Shown: piece after piece, positions 39,343-47,061 of the stretch | How positions within the stretch are numbered: position 1 is the stretch's first letter | How the letters are laid out: every line of letters starts with the position of its first letter | Made by a program: the position numbers and the translations under genes | The notes under the pieces: model-generated | The model's database searches: none | The model's input: the letters and a program-made list of their open reading frames with translations, nothing else | What the model was told of the DNA's origin: nothing | Source of the DNA: an uncultured candidate division Zixibacteria bacterium | Lineage (GTDB): Bacteria; Zixibacteria; MSB-5A5; RBG-16-43-9 | Length of the DNA stretch: 64,000 bases | Reading direction: 5' to 3' | Assembly (NCBI GenBank): GCA_963713865.1 | Contig: OY970208.1 | Span: 480,001 to 544,000 of the forward strand

Positions 39343-40112
39343 CCTTCTCTCTTTTTTGCCACAAAAATCATAAATGGGCTTTTTGCCTCAAAAGATGATT
39401 TATCATAATCTCCAAAAAGCTCCTCAGTTTCAAATCCGTTAGAAAAAAGTATCCTTTCAAACTCAGCCGGGAAAAAATACCTCATCTTCAAGTCTATGGT
39501 TTTGCGAAAAAACCTACCATTTGGTTTGTTGGTTTCCACAAAGAGTCTGACCTTCAAAATCTGCTTAGGTTTATCATAAAATTGATTGGAGTAAATTTGA
39601 GTTAAGTCCTCTTTTTCCGGATAGCCCTTTAAAATATCTCCTTCACTTCTTAACACCCCCTCTGCTCTGGTAAGGTCCGGATGAAACACGCTGATTATTA
39701 ACCGTCCCTGAGAAGAAAGATGTTTATAGACTGAGCGAATACAGTTATTCTGCTCTTCCATTGAAAGAAGGACCTGAAAAGAATTAAAAGGAATAAAAAT
39801 AAGATTAAACTCCTTTTTCAGATGAAAATTCCTCATATCACCCTGAAGCAGAGTTACTCTTTTTTTAATCTGTTCTGTTTCTTTATTCAACTTCTCCCTG
39901 GCTTTCTCTAACATCTTCTCGGAAATATCCAAACCAGTGATCTCTATACCCTCTTTAGCTAAAGGAAAGAGAATCCGTCCAGTTCCACAGCACAGCTCTA
40001 AAACTGGAGAGCCGCATCTTTTAGCATACTCCAACCATAAAGGGATGTCGGAGACAAAACTCTGGTTCCACTTGTCATAGAAATCCGCATAAAGGTCAAA
40101 TTCGTTTTTCAT
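39339..40112 (-). CDS. Class I SAM-dependent methyltransferase
   Basis: VLELCCGTGR, GLDIS..ML, GDMR.F and PFNSF motifs. Confidence 0.9.
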   Translation of the reverse strand: MKNEFDLYADFYDKWNQSFVSDIPLWLEYAKRCGSPVLELCCGTGRILFPLAKEGIEITGLDISEKMLEKAREKLNKETEQIKKRVTLLQGDMRNFHLKKEFNLIFIPFNSFQVLLSMEEQNNCIRSVYKHLSSQGRLIISVFHPDLTRAEGVLRSEGDILKGYPEKEDLTQIYSNQFYDKPKQILKVRLFVETNKPNGRFFRKTIDLKMRYFFPAEFERILFSNGFETEELFGDYDKSSFEAKSPFMIFVAKKREG

Positions 40113-40124
40113 AGGTTCTCCTGT

Positions 40125-40302
40125 TGGAGTGTAAAGCTTCAGCTTTACCTCTTGGTAAACCTATCCTACGGATCCAAATTCTGAAAGGTTTACACTCCAA
40201 ATCGTGAATTAACGTAGGGCAAACCTTTAGGTTTGCTTTTATTTTAGCAAGGCTAAAGCCTCGCCCTACAGTAGAGGAGAGATGCATGCGATGCGTCTCT
40301 AC
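40125..40302. repeat. REP cluster (family A doublet plus GTAG doublets)
   Basis: TGGAGTGTAAAGC..TTTACACTCCA; GTAGGGCAAACC..GCCCTAC; GTAGAG..CGTCTCTAC. Confidence 0.8.
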
Positions 40303-40306
40303 GGTT

Positions 40307-41125
40307 TTATTGCCATCTTAAAGTCAATCTCCCTTCTTTCTTACCCATATTCTCCATATACTTTAAAGCATAATGGGAGGCAATTAGAAAAACTATCGAG
40401 AGTATGACCAAAGCTCCGATCTCTAAATTGACATTCAAAAATCCAAACTCTTTCCCTCCTTTGAAAGCTAATTGCCTTATCCCATCCAACCCCAGGGTCA
40501 AAGGGATGAAAGATGCAATCAACCCAATGGTAAACCCTAAGCTTTTTATGGGGAAAAAGAACCCGGATAAAAGATAAATCGGCTCCTGAAAAAGGTTGGT
40601 GGTATGCCAGGCTTCCCTGCCAAAAAGCATAAATAAAGATGAGAACATCATTCCCAGGCCGTAAAGGGATACCTGAGTCAGAAAGAATATCAGGGCTAAT
40701 TTACCCCAGCTAATCAAAGCGAAATTTACTTTAAAGATTAAACTTCCCACGATAAAGACAAAAACCGCCCTGGTGCTTGCCAGGTAAAACCCGCCAGTTG
40801 CCATTCCCAGGAGTATTGCCATCCGGGAGATGGGCGCTACCAGATAAAGCTCTAAATTCCCCATCTCTTTCTCCCAGTAGAACTGGGCAGCCATAGACCA
40901 TAGAACATTCATCCAGTAAGCAGTCATCGCCCCACCCAGGACCACAAAACCGGTGAATTCTACAGGTGCTTTTAAAGCCTTGTAGACATAGACAAAAGCG
41001 GCTGTGGAAAGTAAAGGCAAAAGTGCCTCTGAGATAAGCCAGCTCGGTTCACGATGGGCGCCAACCAATCTCACATAACTTGGGCCAAAGATAGCTTTTA
41101 AGTTAGTTTTCAGCTCTGTTTTCAT
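40307..41125 (-). CDS. ABC-2 type transporter permease
   Basis: EKEMGNLELYLVAPISR, LSGFFFPI and PLTLGLDGIRQ motifs. Confidence 0.88.
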   Translation of the reverse strand: MKTELKTNLKAIFGPSYVRLVGAHREPSWLISEALLPLLSTAAFVYVYKALKAPVEFTGFVVLGGAMTAYWMNVLWSMAAQFYWEKEMGNLELYLVAPISRMAILLGMATGGFYLASTRAVFVFIVGSLIFKVNFALISWGKLALIFFLTQVSLYGLGMMFSSLFMLFGREAWHTTNLFQEPIYLLSGFFFPIKSLGFTIGLIASFIPLTLGLDGIRQLAFKGGKEFGFLNVNLEIGALVILSIVFLIASHYALKYMENMGKKEGRLTLRWQ

Positions 41126-42122
41126 TTTCCAATCCTTTACCACATAGGGATACAAAAACATCTTCTAAGGTCGGCTCAGCTTTGGAAAGACTCAATATCT
41201 CCGAGCCATTATTACTTATGGCCTCAGTTACCCCTGAGATATAAGAATCGTTCTCCAGGATAAATTTTAAATCAGTTCTGCCAATGTGGGGTTTATGCTC
41301 AAAGGCAAACTTTTTCACTCCGGGTATATTTACGAATCTGTCCAGATTCTCCAACATCAGATTCACCTCGATATGAAAGACCGCATCCTGTTTTAGAGAT
41401 TTCTTCAGATTAAAGGGAGAATCACTGGCTAAAACCTTTCCGTTGTCGATTACAGCAACACGGTCGCAAAGCTCATCTGCTTCAGCCATATAGTGAGTGG
41501 TTAAAAGTACAGTCTTTTCCTGATTCTCTTTCACCCACGATTTTATATATCTCCTTACCTCCCGGGAGATCTGTACATCTAATCCCAGGGTCGGCTCATC
41601 CAGGAACAGTATCTGGGGATCACAGACAAATCCACGAATGATATTCATCTTCTGTCTCATCCCGGTGGAAAGCTTGGCGATTTTGAGCCGGGCATACTCC
41701 TCCATACCCAAGAATTTCAATAGTTCATCGATCCTCTGTAAGGCTAATTTAGTACTCATACCATACAATTGAGAGAACAGCCATAAATTCTCCCTTACAG
41801 TTAAGATGCCATATCCAGAATGTTCGCCGCCTGAGACCATATTTATCTTTTTCCTTACCTTCTCTGGGTATTTTGACACATCGATATTATCCACCAGGGC
41901 AATTCCGGAAGTAGGTAGAAGAAGAGTCGATAATATCTTTATCAAAGTGGTTTTACCGGCACCATTTGGACCTAAAACTCCGAAAAGTTCTCCCGGGTTT
42001 ATGGTCAGGCTAACCTTGTCCAGTGCCATTATCAGATTAGTTTGTTTGGAATTGGAGTTGCTTTTCTTTTTGCCTTTTTTGAAAGTCCGGGTCAAATCCA
42101 AAGTCTCGACTGCGTAACTCAT
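41103..42122 (-). CDS. ABC exporter ATP-binding protein (DrrA-like)
   Basis: GPNGAGKTT, LSTGMRQK, LDEPTLGLD, TTHYM and EPTLEDVF motifs. Confidence 0.93.
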   Translation of the reverse strand: MSYAVETLDLTRTFKKGKKKSNSNSKQTNLIMALDKVSLTINPGELFGVLGPNGAGKTTLIKILSTLLLPTSGIALVDNIDVSKYPEKVRKKINMVSGGEHSGYGILTVRENLWLFSQLYGMSTKLALQRIDELLKFLGMEEYARLKIAKLSTGMRQKMNIIRGFVCDPQILFLDEPTLGLDVQISREVRRYIKSWVKENQEKTVLLTTHYMAEADELCDRVAVIDNGKVLASDSPFNLKKSLKQDAVFHIEVNLMLENLDRFVNIPGVKKFAFEHKPHIGRTDLKFILENDSYISGVTEAISNNGSEILSLSKAEPTLEDVFVSLCGKGLENENRAEN

Positions 42123-42144
42123 ATTAAATTCCTTTACGTAAATT

Positions 42145-42179
42145 AAAAAACCGTGACCTACTCTGGATAAGTCACGGTT
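42145..42179 (-). terminator. Leader terminator upstream of the ABC operon
   Basis: AACCGTGAC-N13-GTCACGGTT-TTTT on the minus strand, about 25 nt before the ATPase ATG. Confidence 0.75.
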
Positions 42180-42204
42180 ATAATAAACCTTATTTTTCCT
42201 TACC

Positions 42205-42279
42205 TCATTTCAGCCTTTTACCCTTTGAAGCGGGCAGAGTTATCCCTCTGCAAAAATCTTTATTAATTCTAAGTCTCAC
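42205..42279 (-). CDS. Putative leader peptide MRLRINKDFCRGITLPASKGKRLK
   Basis: GGAGG-N8-GTG start; lies between the promoter and the terminator. Confidence 0.5.
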   Translation of the reverse strand: MRLRINKDFCRGITLPASKGKRLK

Positions 42280-42316
42280 TCCATCCACCTCCGGACAAAA
42301 GGCTACAATTTTAATT

Positions 42317-42344
42317 ATTATACGTTGATATTTTATTTTGTCAA
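42317..42344 (-). promoter_or_regulatory. Consensus sigma70 promoter for the ABC operon
   Basis: TTGACA-N16-TATAAT. Confidence 0.75.
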
Positions 42345-42481
42345 GGAAAATTTTCGATTTTTTCTATTTTAAAGGCAGGTTTATCCTCAATTGAACTATT
42401 CTGGAAATCTTTTTTCAATTAACCTCGGTTCAAGCTCGTATTATTTTTAAAACCCTTTCTAAGCCGTAAAGGAGGTGATTT

Positions 42482-43075
42482 ATGAAGAAGGTTAGTTTAG
42501 TAACAAGCTTGACTTTCCTTTTTATCCTTCTGGTTTTCTCCTGGTCTTATGCCCAGATGGAGATGGGTAAGGGATGTTCTCACGAGATGAAGATGATGGG
42601 TGAGGAAAAGATGATGTCCCCGGAAAAGTGCGGAATGCCTCAGGAAGGGATGATGTCTCAGATGGGATGCTGCAAGATGGGTATGGAGAAAGGGATGAAG
42701 ATGTGCGGGATGATGGGAGAGAAAGAGGAGATGGGATGCTGTAAAATGGAGTTTTTCCTCTGCTGTAAAGATAAATTAGGTCTCACTGATAAACAGATCG
42801 AAAGCTTAAAATCCATGAAAATGGATTTTATGAAGACGAAAATCAAGATGGAGGCTGACCTGCAGATAGCCCATTTAGAGCTTAAAACCCTTATGGCTGA
42901 TGACAAAGCCAGCTTGAAAGACATAGAGGCTAAGTTAAGGGCAGTGGAAAAGATGAAAACAGATATGAAGATTACCCATCTGAAAGCTTTCAGAGATGCC
43001 AAAGCGCTTTTGACTCCGGAGCAGAAGGAAAAGATGATGAAGTGTGATAAAATGAAATCAGAAGAAGAAGATTAA
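42482..43075 (+). CDS. Spy/CpxP/ZraP-family periplasmic protein with a Met/Cys-rich N-terminus
   Basis: Signal peptide; LTxxQ motifs (LGLTDKQ, LLTPEQK). Confidence 0.8.
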   Translation: MKKVSLVTSLTFLFILLVFSWSYAQMEMGKGCSHEMKMMGEEKMMSPEKCGMPQEGMMSQMGCCKMGMEKGMKMCGMMGEKEEMGCCKMEFFLCCKDKLGLTDKQIESLKSMKMDFMKTKIKMEADLQIAHLELKTLMADDKASLKDIEAKLRAVEKMKTDMKITHLKAFRDAKALLTPEQKEKMMKCDKMKSEEED

Positions 43076-43114
43076 AGAATTTCTATTGTAATAGATCGAG
43101 GTGGTTTTGAAATT

Positions 43115-43145
43115 TCAGCCAGGTTTTCCCTGGCTGATTTTTTTT
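43115..43145 (+). terminator. Intrinsic terminator
   Basis: TCAGCCAGG-N5-CCTGGCTGA followed by a T run. Confidence 0.75.
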
Positions 43146-43157
43146 GTTTTAAAAAAA

Positions 43158-43494
43158 GTCATTGCGAACCCGCCAAAGATAGGGTGAAGCAATCCTTTAA
43201 CTACTGGTTAATGGATTGCTTCGTCGTCCGCCTACGGCGAGACTCCCCGCAATGACAACATTGTTTAAATTCTGGGTGCAGGAGTTCAACTCCTGCACCA
43301 GCAGAAGGAGAGGGAATGTAGGGGTAATTTCCAACTGGATCCAATTGGACATGAATTGCCCTTACCATGTTTTTGCCCAAACAATCAAGGCAGACACGCG
43401 GTTCGACAGGCTCACCGTCCTGACTGTTCGATTGTGCTCACAGTCCCTGAGCGAAGTCGAAGGAAGCAAGGTCGAAGGAGGGGTCTGCCCCTAC
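43158..43494. repeat. Mixed palindromic element cluster (family B element, GTAG REPs, TTCGACAGGCTCA/TGAGCGAAGTCGAA element)
   Basis: GTCATTGCGA..CGCAATGACA 43158-43257; GGTGCAGGAGTTCAACTCCTGCACC; GTAGGGGTAATT..AATTGCCCTTAC. Confidence 0.75.
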
Positions 43495-43517
43495 AAAAAT
43501 TTTCTCAAAGATCTGTA

Positions 43518-43545
43518 TTGACAACACCTGTTCACTTTATATATT
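43518..43545 (+). promoter_or_regulatory. sigma70-like promoter upstream of the cassette array (Pc-like)
   Basis: TTGACA-N16-TATATT. Confidence 0.6.
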
Positions 43546-43734
43546 GTTACTCTGAAACAAGAAGGCGTTGGGTGGCAAAAATTAGCAGAGGTAAAAATTT
43601 CTGGCACTTCAGCCAGAGTTGGTATAAACGAAACAGGTTCGTCTACAACCCCAAAATCAGGGGTATATACGCAATAATTGCGGATATAAACGAGTTAAGT
43701 GAAATGGCAACTTAAAATTAAAAGGTGATATGAA

Positions 43735-44532
43735 ATGAAGAAACTGATAGAAGAAGCTAAAAAAACAGTGGTCTTTCTTGGGAAAATTGACCGTGAAGGA
43801 AAGCCACAATTTTATGCTACTGGATTTTTGGTTGGTGTCCAAAATATTTATCATCTTCTTACCGCAAGACATGTAGTTACAGATAGGGAAACTGGCGAGT
43901 TGCAGGATGACAAAATGCTTGCATTCTTTAACTCGAAAGATGGTAGAATCACCTCACGTTCTATAAAAGATATAAAGAGAAATTTTAACGTCAATTGGAT
44001 ATTCCATCAGAATGCAGAAGTTGATATTGCTATAATTCCTTTTGGTTTAGATCCCCAGAAAGACGATGTAAAAGTAATTCCTGATAACTTGTTCCTTTCT
44101 CCAGATAGCCTATTTGAGCTTTATGATGTTTTCTTTTTATCCTATCAACCGGGTGTCAAATTTCAGAAAGGAATTGCTCCTATCATTAGAGGCGGGACAA
44201 TAAGCACAATCAACGAAGACAAAACATTTTATGTAGATGCCTTTGCTTTCCCAGGAAATAGCGGTAGCCCTGTTTTTCTCAAACCTTCGCCTATAAGGTT
44301 TGACGAGAAAGGAATTTCTATTGGCGGGGATCCGTTAGGTGGCAAATTTATAGGAATTGTTGGGGAATATATTCCATATCAAGAGGTGGCTATAAGCACT
44401 CAGACAGGACGTCCTCGTGTTGTTTTTGAAGAGAACACAGGTCTTTCCAAGGTTTGGTCTGTGACTTTCATAAGGGAGATTTTGGAGTCAAGTGTATTTA
44501 AAGAACAACTTGATAAACTGGTGAAAAAATGA
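43735..44532 (+). CDS. Trypsin-like serine protease (cassette 1), no signal peptide
   Basis: ATGF, TARHVV (His), VDIAI (Asp) and GNSGSPV (Ser). Confidence 0.85.
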   Translation: MKKLIEEAKKTVVFLGKIDREGKPQFYATGFLVGVQNIYHLLTARHVVTDRETGELQDDKMLAFFNSKDGRITSRSIKDIKRNFNVNWIFHQNAEVDIAIIPFGLDPQKDDVKVIPDNLFLSPDSLFELYDVFFLSYQPGVKFQKGIAPIIRGGTISTINEDKTFYVDAFAFPGNSGSPVFLKPSPIRFDEKGISIGGDPLGGKFIGIVGEYIPYQEVAISTQTGRPRVVFEENTGLSKVWSVTFIREILESSVFKEQLDKLVKK

Positions 44533-44545
44533 AGATGGCCACTTC

Positions 44546-44621
44546 ACTTAACAGCGTGTTTGCGGTTCGCTTCGCTCACCAAAATGCTTACGGCACTTCG
44601 CAAACACGCGAACTGTTATGT
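44546..44621 (+). mobile_element. attC-like recombination site 1
   Basis: R'' ACTTAAC ... R' GTTATGT; stem AACAGCGTGTTTGCG/CGCAAACACGCGAACTGTT with unpaired bases; 13 nt after the stop codon. Confidence 0.8.
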
Positions 44622-44794
44622 GCAATTCGAAAACCTGCCTCTGCTTACGCAAAAGGAGACCGTAAATTATGATGATGTTGTTGCCTTCGTTTAATCGGGA
44701 AAGAATGTGGAAAATACGATTAGCTTATGGTATAATTTTTTATTATTTTTATTAAAAGGTTTATTTGAGAATAATAAAAGGATAAAAAGATATT

Positions 44795-45685
44795 ATGAAT
44801 ACTTCTACAATTTCACATGTTATTCAAGGTAATTGCTTATCACGATTTTCAGAAAAATATATTTCTGAAAGGATTGATCTAACTTTTTTAGATCCTCCTT
44901 TTAATCAGGATAAAGAGTACAACTCATGTAATGATAACCTACCAGAATACGAATACTGGCAAATGATGGAGCAAGTTTGCAAAGGAATTAATGAAATAAC
45001 TTCTGATGGTGGGGCAATTTATTTTATGCAGAGAGAAAAAAATACCGAATATGTTTTGCAGTGCTTGCATAAAACAGGATGGGTCTTGCAAAATCTTATT
45101 ATCTGGAAGAAAAAATCTTCAGCGGTTCCATGTTCAAATAAATTTGGTAAACATTATCAGATTATTGCTTTTGCCACAAAAGGTATGTCATCAAGAATTT
45201 TTAACCGTTTAAGAATTTCTCCTCCATTACCAGTAAATTATAAATACGAAAGGAAAAATGGAGTTTACTTAACAGATGTGTGGGATGATATTCGTGAACT
45301 AACATCAGGATATTTTGCTGGGGATGAGGCTATAAGGAAAGAAAATGGAGAGAGGTATCATAAACAGCAATCACCAATTGCGCTTCTTTTAAGAATAATT
45401 CTTTCTTCTACGAAAATTGGGGATACCGTACTAGACCCCTTTGCAGGTACAGGAACGACGTTGGTTGTTTCCGAGCAACTCGGGAGAAAATCCATTGGAA
45501 TTGAGATTGATATTGAAAATGTAAAATGTATTAAAAATCGTTTGAAACGAATTAGTAAATCAGATAATATATCTCGATTTTATAATGATTATATTTATAC
45601 GGAAAATCTGAAAGAAATATGGGATATTGAATTTGCACCAGCTATACCGAAAAAAGAAGAAATGTTAACATTGTTTGGAAAATAA
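44795..45685 (+). CDS. N4/N6 DNA methyltransferase, beta class (cassette 2)
   Basis: DPPF motif IV before VLDPFAGTGTT motif I; IIWKK, TDVW and HKQQSP. Confidence 0.92.
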   Translation: MNTSTISHVIQGNCLSRFSEKYISERIDLTFLDPPFNQDKEYNSCNDNLPEYEYWQMMEQVCKGINEITSDGGAIYFMQREKNTEYVLQCLHKTGWVLQNLIIWKKKSSAVPCSNKFGKHYQIIAFATKGMSSRIFNRLRISPPLPVNYKYERKNGVYLTDVWDDIRELTSGYFAGDEAIRKENGERYHKQQSPIALLLRIILSSTKIGDTVLDPFAGTGTTLVVSEQLGRKSIGIEIDIENVKCIKNRLKRISKSDNISRFYNDYIYTENLKEIWDIEFAPAIPKKEEMLTLFGK

Positions 45686-46515
45686 TGTATTCTATTTATC
45701 ATTTTTTTCAATCCTTAGTCCAGCAAAAACATCTTTTTAAAAAGGTTAAAAAGCTGGATAAATTTCCATTTAATAAGAAACTTTTATCCTGTAAAAATGA
45801 TGGTGTTTTTCCTGATATGGCTATTCGTCTTAATAAAGATAGAAAAATATTTACAGGTGGTGAATTAATAGAGCTAAAAGACAGCGATTCTTATACTGTT
45901 TCATCTTTTAATTCAACCATCCCTTCCAGAAGTAAAAAGATTGGCGATATAATTTCTGGGGTGAATAGTATAATTAAGCAACAAATGGAAGATGCTGGCA
46001 ATGACATTTTCTCTTTACCTATAAGAGATGTATATTATCTTGTCAGAGGAAGAAAAAAGAACCATACAAAAATTTGTCTTATTTATGGCAGTTTTTTTGA
46101 AACAATTAGTATAGAGAACTTGATAAGCCAGTCTTTTTCACAGGTTTTAGAAGAACGATTAAAAGAGAGTGAAAAAATAGTTTCAGATGACTTTAAGCAA
46201 ACTCTTTTATCTATCTTTTCTCAACAGGATAATTTTAGTAAGGTTAGAAATGTAGAAAAGGCATCTGTAAAATTGCGGTTTAGGATTATGACCGAGGTAA
46301 AAGCAGAAGGGAATATATTAAATTCAAAAAAATATCCAGAAATAAAAGATGATACTTTGAATTTTGTTTTACCATGTCATGATGGAAATGAAGAAAATAA
46401 AATAATTGAAAAAGCGGAATATGTTTTTAGTAAAACTGAATTGAACCAATTTAGCATTTTTAAAATTAAACATCATTTTAATGGGTATTTTCTTGTTTTG
46501 CAAATACCATTATAG
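45685..46515 (+). CDS. Putative PD-(D/E)xK restriction endonuclease (cassette 2)
   Basis: FPD...IELK motif; translationally coupled to the MTase (TAATG); AT-rich. Confidence 0.6.
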   Translation: MYSIYHFFQSLVQQKHLFKKVKKLDKFPFNKKLLSCKNDGVFPDMAIRLNKDRKIFTGGELIELKDSDSYTVSSFNSTIPSRSKKIGDIISGVNSIIKQQMEDAGNDIFSLPIRDVYYLVRGRKKNHTKICLIYGSFFETISIENLISQSFSQVLEERLKESEKIVSDDFKQTLLSIFSQQDNFSKVRNVEKASVKLRFRIMTEVKAEGNILNSKKYPEIKDDTLNFVLPCHDGNEENKIIEKAEYVFSKTELNQFSIFKIKHHFNGYFLVLQIPL

Positions 46516-46593
46516 ATATTCGTTTATTTCTGCATTATAATTTTAAAAATAAACTATGGCAACAACATAATTTACGGCAGGTTTTCGAACAGC

Positions 46594-46680
46594 ACATAAC
46601 ATCGGATAAACGGCTCGGCTTTTGCAGAGTTTCGACCCAAATTGCCTTCGGCAACTTCGTTTATCCGCGAACTGTTAGCC
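46594..46680 (+). mobile_element. attC-like recombination site 2
   Basis: R'' ACATAAC ... R' GTTAGCC; stem AACATCGGATAAACG/CGTTTATCCGCGAACTGTT; shares the CTTCG..CGCGAACTGTTA end with site 1. Confidence 0.8.
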
Positions 46681-46711
46681 AAAACTGTTATACTGTAGGA
46701 AGGAGAGAATT

Positions 46712-46882
46712 ATGGGAGCAACAAGCAGTGACATTAAGGGAGGGTACAGAATATGTCCTCATTGTAATGGAAAAACTACTTGCAAGTGTGGGTCATGTGC
46801 TGTTCCTCATCCTGAAGGCTTTAGTATTGTGGTAGAAGGTATTTGTAAGGTTTGTAAAGGATTAGGCCAAGTTCCCAAGTAG
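46712..46882 (+). CDS. 56-aa Cys-rich zinc-finger-like protein (cassette 3); below the ORF-track cutoff
   Basis: AGGAG RBS; MGATSSDIKGGYRICPHCNGKTTCKCGSCAVPHPEGFSIVVEGICKVCKGLGQVPK. Confidence 0.7.
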   Translation: MGATSSDIKGGYRICPHCNGKTTCKCGSCAVPHPEGFSIVVEGICKVCKGLGQVPK

Positions 46883-47061
46883 AATACAGTAGTTTCTGAC
46901 TCGAAGCGGATGTTATCATCCGCATATTTTACTGCCTCAAGGTCAAATTCGACTGGGAGCAAGGCATTAACGTGGTTAATGCACTTAAATAAATATAAAA
47001 AAAGGGGCGACCATAAGAGGTCGCCTCTACACTTTATCTTCTTCCGTCTTACATCTTACTT

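Noticed and set aside
43216-43715. ORFs of 101 and 119 aa upstream of the cassette array as a possible integrase
   Set aside because: They are translations of palindromic repeats with no tyrosine-recombinase R-H-R-Y motifs.
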